A DNA stretch of 64,000 nucleotides from Phoronis australis (GCA_002633005.1 NMRA01000063.1:414010-478009); one strand, 5' to 3'. Shown: positions 11,936 through 25,209, counted from the first letter of the stretch. The notes: a model not told the origin generated them from the sequence alone. Numbers and translations are program-made.

Positions 11936-14607
11936 TTTTTATGCGTCCACATATTTATATGTGGTCGCATATTGCCGTCATCTCTGTCTGGGCGTCCGGC
12001 GTCCACGGCTGCATCTCCTGAACCCCTTGCAGGATCTCATTGAAATTTGGCAGGTGTGTTCCTATGGGGTTGACGACAGAGGGCGACGAGTTTCGGACCG
12101 ACCCAAATACTGCTGTGCCCCCTAGTGGCAATTTTAGTTTTTTACATTTATCTCTATTTTCAAAGTTCCTTAACCGATTTTCGTGAAATTTGGCACATAG
12201 GCATCTATTAATAAGTTGACGCTATCCTCCCGTTTTCGGATGGATTTGAGGCATTTTGCACCATCTAGTGGCCATTTTTACTATTTTCGAGTCGTTTTTT
12301 TTCGTCCACCCCTCTATCAACCAAACCGCTCAAAGGATGATTGTCAAAACTGGCTTGTATGTTCTTACTATGAATTGGACGGCTGACGATGATTTTACAG
12401 CGACTTCGACCACTGTGGCACCTCCTAGTGGCAGTTTTTTTTTGCGCCTGTGGCTGTATGCCCTAAGCTGTTAGCAGGATCTTTACTTAATTTAGAGAGT
12501 TTATTTGTATGATGTTAACAATGGAGAATGACGACTTTCAGACAGCTTTGACTACTGGTGGCAATTATATTTTTTTACGTTTACCTCTGTATGTTCAAAG
12601 GTCCTCAATGTATTTTCATACAATTTGGCATACAGGCATCTGTTAATGAGGTGACGCTATTTCTCTGTATTCAGATGGATTGGACCTAGTTTGCGCCACC
12701 TAGTGGCCATTTTTATGCGCCCACATATTCATATATGGACGCATTATGCCGTCATCTCTGTCCGTCCGTCCGTCCGTCCGTCCGGCGTCCGCTGCTCTAT
12801 CTCCAAAACCCTTTGACATACGTTCATGAAATTTGGCACATATGTTCCATGGATGAATGGGACGGCATGTGCGAACTTTCGGACGGATCCGACTACCGGT
12901 GTGCCCCCTAGTGGCAATTTTAGTTTTTTACGCTTACCTTTGTATCTTCAAAAGTCCTTAACGGATTTTCATGAAATTTGGTATGTAGGCACCTAGTAGT
13001 GAGATGACGCTATCCTGCCGTTTTCGGATGGATTCGACATAGTTTGCTCCACCTAGTGGCCATTTTTACTGTTTTCGAGTCTGTTTTTGTGCTTCCACCC
13101 CTCTATCAACCAAACCGCTCAAAGGATGATTGTGAAAATTGGCATGTATGTGCTTACTATGTAGAGGACGGTTGACGATGATTTTCCGACGATTTCGACT
13201 ACTGTGGCGCCTCCTAGTGGCAGTTTTGTTTTTTTGCGCCCATGGCTGTATCTCCCAAACCGTTTGCAGGATCTTTACTAAATTTAGCAAGTGTATTTAT
13301 GTGATGTTGACAACGGACGATGACGACTTTAGGATGATTCTGATTACCGGTATGCCTCTAGTGGCAATTTTAGTATTTGCCTCTAGTGGCAATTTTAGTA
13401 TTTTACATTGACCTCTGTATTTTCATAGGTCTTCAGGTGTATACTTTGTGTTACTTCGTGACTGTGAAGGAAAAGTTCCAAGTAGAAATTTGTTTCTGGC
13501 ATTCTAATGCTGTGCTAATCTCGTATGTTGGTAAATTTGTTTTTAATTCTATGTTTCTGTGGTGCTTTAAGCAACTGGTGTATAGGATGTGCTTGTATTA
13601 TGAAGATTACTCACATTTTGCCCCTAGCCTATTGAGGAGACAATGACCATGCCTTTCCATTTTGCAAAGTATGCCCTCTACTGGCCACTTTATGGTACCA
13701 ATAAACAACCCTAGAAGGATACCGTATGCGGTGCAATTGTGGGCGCATTTCAACGCTCCGCGTTGCTCTTGTTACAGTTTTCGATTACTGTGAAGTGGAC
13801 AGCTGACGACGATTTTCCGACGAGTTTGATTACTGTGGCACCTCCTAGTGGCAGTTTTGTTTTTTTTGCGCTCATGGCTGTATCTATTGAACGGTTTGCA
13901 GGATCTTACTTAATTTAGCAAGTGTATTTATAACTTTCGTACGGATCTGACTACTGGTGTGCCCCCTAGTGGCAATTTAGGTTTTTACGTTTACCAGTCT
14001 GTATCTTCAAAGGTCCTCAACAGATTTTCATAAAATTTTGAATATAGGCATCTATTGGTGAGATGACACTATCATCATCCTGTTTTTGTTTGGAATCGAG
14101 GTATTTTGTGCCACCTGGTGTCCATTTTTGCTGTTTTCAAATCTTTTTTTTTGGTGTCCACCCCTCGATCAACCAAAGCATTCTAGGGATGGTTTTGAAA
14201 ATTGGCGTATATGTTTTCAGTATGAAGACGATGTTTGATGATGGCAACTGACTACTGTGTTGCCTCCTAGTGGTAGTTTTGTTTTGTTTTGCGCCCATAG
14301 CTGTATCTCCAAAACCCACTACAGGATCTTTATTAACTTTAAAAAGTGAATTTATATGGAGATAACAGACAATGACTTTCAGGTGGATGGAACGGACGCT
14401 GTGACCACAAATAGCAATTTCATTTTGTTCTGTTTTCCTTTTTTTTCTCTGACAGATTTTTATGAAATATGGCATGTGTCCATTTTTGGATAAATTGTAC
14501 ATTTTTGCGCCATCTAGTGGCCATTTTTATGATACAAATAAATAACCCTAAAAGCACACCATGTGGAATGCATTCTTGGGTGCATTTCAACGCTCCGCGT
14601 TGCTCTT
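11936..14607 (+). mobile_element. HINE family A copy hosting a nested copy
   Basis: 5' end tttttatgcgtccacat at 11936; interrupted 12711-13773; 3' palindrome caacgctccgcgttg + ctctt at 14588-14607. Confidence 0.8.
12711..13773 (+). mobile_element. HINE family A nested copy with an extra ~270-bp internal segment
   Basis: Both termini intact; sits in the host's ggccattttt|acagttttcga T run. Confidence 0.85.
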
Positions 14608-15391
14608 ATGTATCATTTGTTATTGTCATAAATTTTTTGTTCTTAAATGTCGCATTTCATTTTTGTTGAATGTCCACTTTTATAGTTTTTTGCCATACAC
14701 AGATGTGACGGTGATAAGACCACGAAATACAATGCGTCTTCATTACCATGCACACATATATTCATGAATGTATGCTTTACAGGTATCCTCAATCAAGTTA
14801 TCTTGATACTATTCCCTGACCCTGTAGTGTATGCAGATCTTCAAATGATGGTCGACTGGGTAGATTGAGGAGTAGTGTTCGTAGGCAAAAAAAGTTCAAT
14901 GTCCTTTGGACTGGCACAGTAAATACGCCTCTTTTTCTACTATGAAGATGAAGATTTGAACCAGAAATTGAGATTTTAATCAGTTATTTTTCAAAAAGGT
15001 ATTTCGAATCTTGAGTTGTTTTTTGTAGTAACCGATACCTGTAAAAGAGAAGAGAAAACAATGTAAGATCAAGCACAATTGGCAGCCATTTTAACACACT
15101 AGTGTTCTCCATTACCAGTTTTAACCTGTTGCTTCGACAGGTTTGTCGATGCTCCCGTCAGATTTGGGTCAAGTGAATGATGCTTTTGTCTTTAATGTTG
15201 TCTGGTTGCAAGTGGTTTGTCGCCTATCTACCGTATATCTGTATGTATATGTGGATATGTATGAGTCTTTGTATTCGGACCAGTGGAATATATTCACAAC
15301 TACTGATTACAAAAATGAGACAACATTGTGACAAGACTTACCCTGCACATTATGCACATTGAGTAATAGGCTCATCTGTTCTCACTCTCAG

Positions 15392-15514
15392 GTGTTGGTG
15401 TGGCCCTCAGACAGGCATGCAGGCCTGAGTTCGTACAGTACCAAGAGCAGGTGGTGGCCAACGCCAGGGCGTTGTGCAAAGGTCTGCAGTCACATGGTTA
15501 TACCATTGTGTCAG
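15392..15514 (+). CDS. SHMT1: SHMT exon
   Basis: ctctcag|..G|gtgcgt; (G)VGVALRQACRPEFVQYQEQVVANARALCKGLQSHGYTIVS; phase 1-1. Confidence 0.97.
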
Positions 15515-15812
15515 GTGCGTGTCATGTCTACCGTTTGTGTAGCAAGTATCAGTGTGTCTGAGATACTGTTTGTAGGTTAGGCGTATACTCTTGAACTTTC
15601 CTATTTCGTAAGTGTCCACATTCATGTAACTTACAATAAAAGTACATTCCACTCACTCCCTGTCAACATCGTCACCTCTGTATGCAAATATGGGACTAGC
15701 TGGTAACATCACTCATAGACGAAAGATCTATAGTTGATGAGCAGACTTGCTGACTTTTTCAACTATGTGTTGTAGCAAATTACTATTATCAGTTGGACTC
15801 TCCAAACACTTT

Positions 15813-15938
15813 AGCTTGTGTATTTACTGCTTGTGTATTTACTGCTTGTGTATTTACTGCTTGTGTATTTACTGCTTGTGTATTTACTGCTTGTGTATTT
15901 ACTGCTTGTGTATTTGCTGCTTGTGTATTTACTGCTTG
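15813..15938. repeat. 15-bp tandem repeat (gcttgtgtatttact), about 8 copies
   Basis: Direct periodicity. Confidence 0.95.
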
Positions 15939-16209
15939 AGTTGGTTGACGAGGAATGATGTCATTTAAAAGTGTATAGTTATAGAAAGGGTTGCTGTCAC
16001 ATTTGTCTCAAGAGGTTCATTGTTAAGACTTTCCAACTCAAAATGTTTTTAAATGTTAAAACTTTTTTAGTTTAATTTTAACAACCCGGCTTGTGTTTGT
16101 TGTCTTGAACATTGAATGTCACCATTAAACTTGCGGTTTTGTTGCTGTTCCAATTTGTGAAAGTTAACTATAGTTGATTCACTTTCGCTGAATGGTTTGT
16201 TATCAATAG

Positions 16210-16437
16210 GTGGCACTGACACTCATCTAGTGCTTGTGGACCTCCGTCCGCAGAAAGTAGATGGCGCCAGGGCTGAAAAGGTACTGGAGGAGATCAGTAT
16301 CGCCCTGAATAAGAACACATGTCCCGGTGACACGAGCGCTATCAAGCCAAGTGGTCTGAGGATTGGAACACCAGCGCTAACCTCGAGAAACCTCAAAGAG
16401 GATGATATCATGCAAGTTGTCGAATTCATCCACAAAG
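16210..16437 (+). CDS. SHMT1: SHMT exon
   Basis: aatag|..G|gtatgg; (G)[75 protein letters not shown]. Confidence 0.97.
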
Positions 16438-17430
16438 GTATGGCTGAAACACGGTGGCCAGTCTGCTTTTTATTGGCTCATTATGCCGTCATGGCAGTTT
16501 GTCTGTCAGGTGTCTCCGGTTGTATCTCCAAATGTCTTTAATGGATACAAGTCAAGTTTTGTTGACATGCTCCTTTCTTGGCTGGGATTACATGAGCCAA
16601 TTTCTGGACAAATCTTCCTACTGCTGTGCACCCTAGTAGCAAGTTATGGGGGTGGGGGAGGGGGAGAGATAGAGAATATGTTTTTTAACTTATATATATA
16701 ACAAATTAGTCAATACAATAAAGAAAAAACATTTGGATATTTATGTATGTAAGATGGAGATCCCCAAAGGCACAAGCCCAAAGTACATTCAAGAGAACAT
16801 TATGTGAAAACATTTCTGAAATCTGTTTACACTAACCTCTAGCCTGTTTACTTTGCCACAACATTTAATTTGATAATTTCGCCACTCATCTTCAGAAGTT
16901 ATTGTGAAGTTCCTCAAAATTTGTTTTATTATTTTGCAATAGTTTGTTATAACACTAACCTAAACATTTCCATTTCAAACTGTGTCCTCTGATTTGGTGA
17001 ATACCGTATTCGCCTTGATAAGCGCCCAGGGCGCTTAGAAAAATTCACTTCAGGGGGCGCTTATTATAGCCCAAAAGTGGTCGAAACCCGGTCTCCGAAA
17101 CAGGTGAAATCGTAAGCTAGGATTCATCAAATTCACGCTCTGTGACTCATCTATAACCTGTGACAGAGTTTCTACAAAATTGGGGTGCGTTGCTATCAAG
17201 CTTTGTTGTTAAATTACGATCATTTTTCAGAAAATTATACTAATATCCCAGGGCGAAAACTTGCCAACTGATGCATCGCTGCTTCACGATCGCCGATAGG
17301 TCAACTTGATGTCTTGAGTAAAAATACAGTTTCGATTTATCAAATTACCTGAAGTCCTCTTTATAAAAGTTTTCAAAAAAGCGTCCCTAAGATTTTAAGT
17401 TCCTGTGGAGTCGGGATTAAAGCATATAAA

Positions 17431-18497
17431 GCCGATTTCATGAAGGTGGTTTAACAAAACCAGGTTTAAGACTTAAAACTGGTCTTCCTAAACCTGGTCT
17501 AATTTTAGACCTAACTTGCATTTCACCAATGTGGTTTAAAAGTCTGAAAGCCTAGTTTTGTTAGACCAGGGAGCGGGTTTAGTAAAACCAGGTTTAAAGT
17601 ATCTAAGACATCCTGCTGTGTCGATCTGGATGAATCCAACAAACTATTGAAGTGCTTTAATGAAACCTTGATCATGTGGGTATACAATGGCACACACTAG
17701 TAGAATCAGTGCAGACATTTGCGGAAAAGGTCTAAAAGCTTTTCTCATGAGGAAAAATGTAATGTCTGGGCCCAACACACATACACACATTAAAATACAT
17801 GCTCACGATTAGCCACAACATGATAAATGTCCCAATTTATTTCCATGCCATGGGGCGGGGGGGCAAGACCCCTTCCTGGCAACATTAAATCAGAAACCAA
17901 TGGAAGTGGAACTCAGAAGAATCAGAAGATACTGTCTTCAGTCAAACCCATAGCGCTTACGATGACACCTTGCTCGACCAGTCGTATTCTGAGGAATCAG
18001 CAGGACACCATCCAGCACATTCTGGTCTACGCATAGGCGGATCCAAGGGGGTCACAGGGTCCGGACCCCTTTTCCCTTGATTTTAGTGATATCAAATCTA
18101 TGATTTTCTTAATGTTGAGTTTGTCCCCCTTTCAAAAAGTCCTTGACCGACGCCCCCTTAAAAATTGTGGGTCTTCCCCTACTGCGTTTGATCTTATGTC
18201 ATCGTAAAACTGAATATTGAAAATGGTCCATTGTCACTCTAAAACTGCGTCGTAAATGCACACCGCGGCATCATTCAGGTGCACCTATATCGTGCAAGTC
18301 TGTTACATAACTGTTAAACCTGGGTCTGACCAAGTCTAAAGTTAATGCTGGTTTAAGATCTTGATACAGGTGTAAAGAATATAGACCTCGTTGGTGAAAT
18401 GAAAACTGACTTAGACCAGGTCTAAAGTTAGACCAGAGTTAAACCAGGTTTTACTAGACCACTGGTCTAAAAGTTAAGCCACATTTATGAAATGCAG
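17431..18497. mobile_element. PIF/Harbinger-like MITE nested in the previous element
   Basis: Inverted ends gatttcatgaaggtggtttaac / gttaagccacatttatgaaatg; subterminal accaggtttaa repeats. Confidence 0.6.
18032..18180. mobile_element. Small hAT-like MITE (third nesting level)
   Basis: cataggcggatccaagggggtc..ggacccc start typical of short hAT MITEs; right end degenerate. Confidence 0.45.
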
Positions 18498-19355
18498 ATT
18501 ATATTTAAACCTATGAAATCGACTGATTAAGTCCAAATCTGCGCTAGATCATATGCCGCAATACGAGAAAAATGTGAACGCACAAATGTTGTTATCACGT
18601 GATGTTTGTTTTTAAGTTCGTCTGTGTATTGTGTGAGTGAGCGAGTTCATTTGTGAGAGTAAACGCGATGTAACGATCTAGGTGTTCATTGTAACTAAGG
18701 AAATCAACACAAGCAGTAAAGCAGAAGGTATTTTATTTAGCACTTGTTGATCTCATCTGCTAAAAAACGTACGAGAGTTTTCTCGGTAAGGCCGATGTCA
18801 TTGAGTCGCCCGGTGACTGGATGCGTGACAGTCGAACAGTTATTTTTCGGGAGATTCGGGAGGTGTAAGGCTGCGGAAGAGTTCTCTACAGTGGGTCATT
18901 TTGATAGTTCCCGAAGACTAATCTTTGATGACAGGTACTTGGATGTAGCGCACGCTTCCTGGCCACGTGCTTTGAACTGAACAAAGGTCAAGTGAGTCTT
19001 CGATTCGTGCTTGTGTTCTTTTTGAAGCACGGAGGTTTGAAGTCTATAGTCACGGCTAAATACTGACATAGCGGCTAGGCTCGTTGTCTACAAATGCTTC
19101 ACACAATGATTTTTTCAGGACTGTTGGATCTTATTGATAAATTGAAGACGTTACTGTAGAATTTTCGAACTGTAGGTAAGGCATTTTTGCATGTACACGG
19201 TGTTCATGGACTGGGCGCGTATTTCAGCAATGTCTGAAAACGCGTGGGGGGTGCTTATAGGGGCATGGGCGCTAATTGGGGCAAATACGGTATTTTGATC
19301 TGAACAATTGTTTTTTTTTTTGCTAATCATGGCACATCGTGTTCTTATTCTCCAG

Positions 19356-19519
19356 CCATTGTTCTCACCCAAGAAATCAACGCGGTGTCCGGTAAGTTGT
19401 TGCGCGAGTTCAAGGAAAAAGTGGAGGAGCCAGAATTCCAAGAGAAGATCAAAACTCTGAGACAGGAAGTAGAAACGTTTGCCCGCAAGTTCCCCATGCC
19501 GGGCTTTGACGAGTGGTAA
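19356..19519 (+). CDS. SHMT1: SHMT last coding exon
   Basis: ctccag|; (A)IVLTQEINAVSGKLLREFKEKVEEPEFQEKIKTLRQEVETFARKFPMPGFDEW*; TAA at 19517-19519. Confidence 0.96.
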
Positions 19520-19764
19520 ATGAACCAGAGGTCCATTATGCAAATGCCCAAGTAGTTGCAAATAGGTTGTGGTGACATTATTCGAAGTTCTAGACCACAA
19601 TGGAGCTTGATTTGCAACTTTGCTACAAATTTGATTTCAATGTATTCTCCGAGTGTAACTCCGCGTTAAGTGTTTGGCTAATTTCAGACACAATGACTTT
19701 TGGTTAAAGTGTATGTTCATTTGGAATGTTATTCAGTACATGTTCTATTAAAATATAATGAACC

Positions 19765-19770
19765 AATAAA
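19765..19770 (+). promoter_or_regulatory. Candidate polyadenylation signal of SHMT
   Basis: AATAAA about 245 nt after the stop codon; ATTAAA also at 19747. Confidence 0.5.
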
Positions 19771-19804
19771 TTAACAGAGAAATTGTTAATGTGTCTGAAT
19801 GAGT

Positions 19805-20060
19805 TGACTGTGACTGGTCTCATCTTTGTGCTCTGTTAGCTTGTCTTCCTTTAGATAACTGTGACTGGTCTCATCTTTGTGCTCTGTTAGCTTGTCTTCC
19901 TTTAGATGACTGTGACTGGTCTCATCTTTGTGCTCTGTTAGCTTGTCTTCCTTTAGATGACTGTGACTGGTCTCATCTTTGTGCTCTGTTAGCTTGTCTT
20001 CCTTTAGTTGACTGTGACTGGTCTCATCTTTGTGCTCTGTTAGCTTGTCTTCCTTTAGAT
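19805..20060. repeat. 51-bp tandem repeat, 5 copies
   Basis: tgactggtctcatctttgtgctc recurs every 51 bp (19811, 19862). Confidence 0.95.
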
Positions 20061-20108
20061 AACAATTCAAGCTCACACCATGTTATAGTCTGGGGTAAAG
20101 TGTACTTT

Positions 20109-20465
20109 TGTACTCTTCATTGCTTCCAATGTTATTGGCTAGCATGAAACTGCATGCACTACTGTCCTGTACTCTTCATTGCTTCCAATGTTATAGGCTA
20201 GCATGAAACTGCATGCACTACTGTCCTGTACTCTTCATTGCTTCCTATTTTATAGGCTAGCATGAAACTCCATGCACTACTGTCCTGTACTCTTCATTGC
20301 TTCCAATGTTATAGGCTAGCATGAAACTCCATGCACTGCTGTCCTGTACTCTTCATTGCTTCCAATGTTATAGGCTAGCATGAAACTGCATGCACTACTG
20401 TCCTGTACTCTTCATTGCTTCCAATGTTATAGGCTAGCATGAAACTGCATGCACTACTGTCCTGT
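20109..20465. repeat. 59-bp tandem repeat, 6 copies
   Basis: tgtactcttcattgcttccaatgttataggctagcatgaaactgcatgcactactgtcc. Confidence 0.95.
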
Positions 20466-20804
20466 TCCAGTTGTGGCCAGTGCTTAATGTGTCTTATGAC
20501 ATTGAGTGTTTGTCTAAGTGCTTTGATATTTGTATAGTGCCCAGTGCTGACTTGTCAATCGTGTGGCACTTTGAACTATTTGTTGAAAAACTGCAATTGT
20601 GTGTATGTCAAATTCCCAAGACAAAAAAATGCTGTATGTTGTACTAACAGAATATCTAATAAGAAGTCTTGATGAGTGACTTTATGACAGTTTTTGTGTC
20701 ATTAACACCTTGTTCTGGATAGTTGAATAATCGTTCTTTAGTTGTAAAGCCCTCTGATTAATTGATTTATTTAACAACTATGGTCCACAAAATAATAGAG
20801 TACA

Positions 20805-20990
20805 ATATACCACTATACCAACATACTATACCAATATACAATCTGATATCACTAAACAACATACTACTACACCAACACAGTCCTATACCAACATACTACT
20901 ATACCAACACAGTCCTATACCAACACAGTCCTATACCAACATACTACTATACCAACATACTACTATACCAATACACCACTATACCAACAT
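20805..20990. repeat. ~16-bp degenerate tandem repeat (ataccaacatactact)
   Basis: Direct periodicity. Confidence 0.85.
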
Positions 20991-23139
20991 GCAAAGAAAC
21001 ATTCATACAAATAATGCTGTAGTAGCAGTAAAAAGTAAATTAAATACAACAGTCGATGTGTGGATAGCGCAAAAATGTTTAAAAAAGACAATTTGGTGCA
21101 ACTTGTTCGAAAGTCGTATAGCAGAGGACACTATACACGCAGCAACATAGGCATGCGCGCACTCGGCCTAAAATACAGGGGGCTCGAATTTTTCGATATC
21201 TGGACCCTTCACTGAAAGAAATCGACGAGGACTAAAAAAATTGGGTGACTAGGTTCAGGCTCACGGACCATGCATCCGCGCAGACTTCCCGTGGATTTTG
21301 TGGACTTTTGTCCCGTTTACTCGGACTTCTTGTTTCACTGAAGCGGGCCTTTTTGCCCAATTCGCCAAATGGGTCGAGCCCCTCCTGGGTGCGCCCATGC
21401 ATTGGCAATAGGGTTCAAGGACTGAGGTCGACAGTAAATGCGGTCCGTAAAATTGGGCCTTAGAATAATTACTTGCAACAGCTGTTTGGAAACTCCCCAG
21501 CTGCATGGTACTGTTGTGAAGGAAGATTGCAGTGACAAGCGTTTTGCCTCTACAGGTCACTAGCCCATAACATATATATTACAACTTTGATGAGAAAGGA
21601 TAGCCTACATGAGATTCAGTTACGGAACAGAAATAAACAGTGCCATAATCAATTATGGGGATCAGTTTCAGCATTTTTTGCCGCAGTCCTAGCTATAACT
21701 TACACATTTGACTACATTTTAACAGTGGCAAGTTGCAATTTCTCAAATTCATATTTGTTGACTTGATTGGTTGTAACTTTCGTCCAGAAAACCACAACAA
21801 TGTCTACCTTATGGGGCTCGGGCTACGTTACGTACAGACACTCCCGTGAACACAAGTCCAGTGAGATACCCTATGTTATGAATCACTTGATCGCAATTGC
21901 GAGTGTCTTCGGTCTGACAGAGTACAATCCCGGTCCTAGCTTGCAGAACCTCTCACTCCTAAATGGAGAGTGGATGTCGCCTCACGTTCAAAATGCGGGC
22001 CTCGGAGCGATAAAATGGGTTGGGCTACTCTAGTCTATACCAAATGATGTAATTATACTTGAGAAGATAGAATAACCACTCTAGTTGGCGACTCGTCCCT
22101 ACAAATTAACCTGTCCCTACATTTGCATAACACTGTCTATGCAAATGATACCAAGTTTGATAGCCTGAGCTGTTCAGGTCACATGACCTTGTTTATTGAA
22201 ATGATTCTAGAGTAACCGCGTGAACGAAAAGTTATTTAAAGCTGCCTAAAGCAAGCTAAAAACGAAAATAGAATTTGGCCTTGGTATTATGATATTCCTT
22301 ACCGTAGCAGGATTCCATTTCCGTTGCCAGCTCAAGTCAAAGTCATTACGTACATGCATCATTTTCGCAAATTTTAGGTTCGGCCAACGCTAATAAACTT
22401 TGAAGCCTTTTCATGACTCGCTGATCACTTCGTAACGATATTGTTGCTGGTAACGGAAATAGGAATATTACCAGACCCATTTCGTGAGAGTAAAAGGTAT
22501 ACGGTTCAATTTTCTTCTTTTTAGACAGCTAAGAAATGCAACTTTAACGTAAATGCGGCAAGTTTACACGTCATCATGAAAAACGAAGTAGCTATTATTT
22601 ACGTTCACGGTTTATAGGTACAGTAGACCTACCTGTTTTCCAAAAAAGTTTTGTGGGTTTTGAGATGCTACCCAAGCAAAAAACCTCTTCCAAAGCTGTG
22701 CTGCCTCGTGCGACATTTCCTGTTCTATTGACAAAGTAACTAAAACGACCATTGTACAAAATTTTCAGGTAAAAAGTTACCAAACCCGGTTTTGGCCTGT
22801 TAACAGACACTAAAAACGAGTTCTCAGAAACAATTCTCCTTAACTCAAAAAACCCCAAACATTGAGGAAAAGTTGAACTCCTTTCAAAGCCTGCTAAACG
22901 GGCAAGCGTGACCTACACTGTCAGCGAATTACTGCTGTGGGGAAAATACTGCCCACCAATGACCATAATGTCCAATTTGTGAGATAGGGGGGTATGAGTT
23001 TTTAGTTGATTACTGCTTTAACTTGGAAGATAAAGGCCAATACATTAGCAGGTGGCAGTACGCGGATTGGCTGAAATCATCAAAACAGGGTTTAGTATCC
23101 TTTTAAATATTTTTATTCTTTAAGTTTCATAAGCTGATT

Positions 23140-23375
23140 TACAAGGCCCAGGGTGTTCGACACTCCATCTACTACAGCAACTGAAATAAAAGGATACGCA
23201 CATATGTTTAGGTATATCGCGAACACCTGTCCTGTGCTCAGCGGCCAAGGTCATTAGTCGGCCTTGGATCACGATGTCAGCCCAAGACCTGTGCCATCGA
23301 TTTCATACCCAGAGTCTTAGTGGCGAGAAAAAAACGACACGAACCGCGAACTTCATGGGTACTGGTTGTGGATCT
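23140..23375 (-). mobile_element. Possible tRNA-derived SINE remnant
   Basis: B-box-like ggttcgtgtc followed by a SINE-like body (ggccgactaatgaccttggccg); A box not clear. Confidence 0.3.
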
Positions 23376-23497
23376 AGAAAATGAGGATACCCACCCTAAG
23401 GACCTGAAACGGGGAGCCATTTGTACGGAGCTCTTGAAAAAGCCACTGTTTTGTATGGTATTGTTCCAGGAATACCAGCCTTTTGCAGTGAGGGACC

Positions 23498-23768
23498 TAA
23501 CCTCTTGTAAGAAGTCTTGGCCGGACTGTGATTGAATAAAGCTAACCTCTTGTAAGGAGTCTTGGACTGTAATTTGATAAAACTAACTTCTTGTAAGGAG
23601 TCTTGGACTCCAATGGGATAAAGCTAACCTCTTGTGAGGAGTCTTGAACTATAATTGGATAAAGCTAACCTCTTGTAAGGAGTCTTGGACTATAATTGGA
23701 TAAACCTCTTGTAAGGAGTCTTGTACTATAGTTCGACAAACCTAACCTCTTGTAAGGAGTCTTGGACA
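23498..23768. repeat. ~40-bp tandem repeat, about 7 copies
   Basis: ataaagctaacctcttgtaaggagtcttggactataattgg variants. Confidence 0.9.
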
Positions 23769-23941
23769 GCTGAATTGTCAATCGTAAACAGTACAAGAAG
23801 GCGTCCATGTTGTAAAAAATGAGTACATTTGCAATGAATTTGGAGCTTGGAACCTTTAAGTGATCAAGACTCCCAAAGTGCAATCCTTTGCGTTTTTTAA
23901 AGATTGGTAGTCTGATATCCAAGTTAGTCTGCGGTTATGGT

Positions 23942-24081
23942 TCATCTATCTGTATTGAGATGAACCTCTGATATTTCAAGGTTACTGGAACTTCTCCATC
24001 CAGTGTAACAGCTTCCCACACTTCTGACTTTGAACGATACCTCTACAGCGCCTCTTACTGGTAGTTCACACATACCTTCAA
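23942..24081 (-). CDS. PAN + 3xCTHRC1-domain gene, exon 9 (last; domain 3 C-half)
   Basis: ttttacag|; (V)EGMCELPVRGAVEVSFKVRSVGSCYTGWRSSSNLEISEVHLNTDR*; matches CTHRC1 EGLCEG...TGWNSVSRIIIEE. Confidence 0.9.
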
Positions 24082-24724
24082 CTGTAAAACAAACACGCCA
24101 GTCGAGCTTAACATTTTAACAACAACAACCACAACACAATAAAATCTGCATTCTGTCAAAAGCTATATTTTAATTGATGTAAACCACTTAAAGGTACATT
24201 CTCCTCGAGAAAATTAATTTTACAGAAATTAGATATAGCCAGTAACAGAACTCTGAGCCAACTCGAACGCGTTAAATAGTCTATTTTAAATACACCAACT
24301 TGACGTCAGTGAATGTCTAATAAACAACGGCGAGAATTGGCGACTTGTAATAGAATCACAAGAACACAGGGGATTTTGTTATTTTAAAGTTCTGGTAGAG
24401 ACGAGAGTTGCACTACAATAGTTGGTCCCTGTACTCCTCAAGTATATTGCTCTTTGTAAGAAGAAAAGTCCAAAATATGTCTTGTTTCCGAAAGCTTTTC
24501 TTATTTATTTTGACTATAAAATTTAACGTAAACAACTCTATAACCTGTTTGGTGGCAATATTTAATAAGTTAGTTCATCCCTAATTGAGTTGACTTCGTT
24601 ACCACAAAAACCCAACGTTTCACCAGCGGCACAAAACTAAAAGGTATCTTAAGAAGAAGAGATCATATTACTGATATCTATTCAATGATTTGATTATAAC
24701 AAAGACCGGAGACCTAGTTATTGT

Positions 24725-24744
24725 ATATATACATACACATACAC

Positions 24745-24817
<73 letters not shown>

Positions 24818-24850
24818 GGCCTACACATGCATGCATACATACATACATAT
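24725..24850. repeat. (CA)n microsatellite
   Basis: Direct. Confidence 0.98.
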
Positions 24851-25209
24851 AAAAATTAGATGGAAAACTAATTTTGGTGATTGGTATTGTTTTTTGGTCA
24901 AATTTTATGCACAAAAACTAGATTTTTAAAGCCTCTTAACATAATTTGGGGTTCTGCGAAATTTATGATTCTATAGCGGTTGGCTTAGGAGACAGGAATA
25001 TTCACCAGGGGAGGGATGGTCAAACAAACAACGGGGGGAAGTGTTGGATGGGGGAGGCATTTTGCGATGATTGGGGGACCACAACCTTTTTATTTCACCC
25101 GTGGCTAAGGCAGGGTTGGCAAGGGTATAATATATCTAACAGGCTTACAGAATAAGTTATAATACACATTTTATGAATCAATTATCGATGAACCTATACA
25201 GGTACTTAC

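Larger units (their letters stand above)
17004..19290. mobile_element. Non-autonomous Tc1/mariner-pogo-type DNA transposon
   Basis: Imperfect TIRs ccgtattcgccttgataagcgccca / tgggcgctaattggggcaaatacgg, flanked by TA on both sides. Confidence 0.75.

Noticed and set aside
397-14767. Many 60-120-aa ORFs containing APPSGHF or PLVAI (also at 53-62 kb)
   Set aside because: Chance translations of the non-coding HINE repeat; frames are not conserved between copies.
10232-20076. Repetitive ORFs 10232-10495, 15747-15968 and 19786-20076
   Set aside because: Translations of the 39-, 15- and 51-bp tandem repeats.
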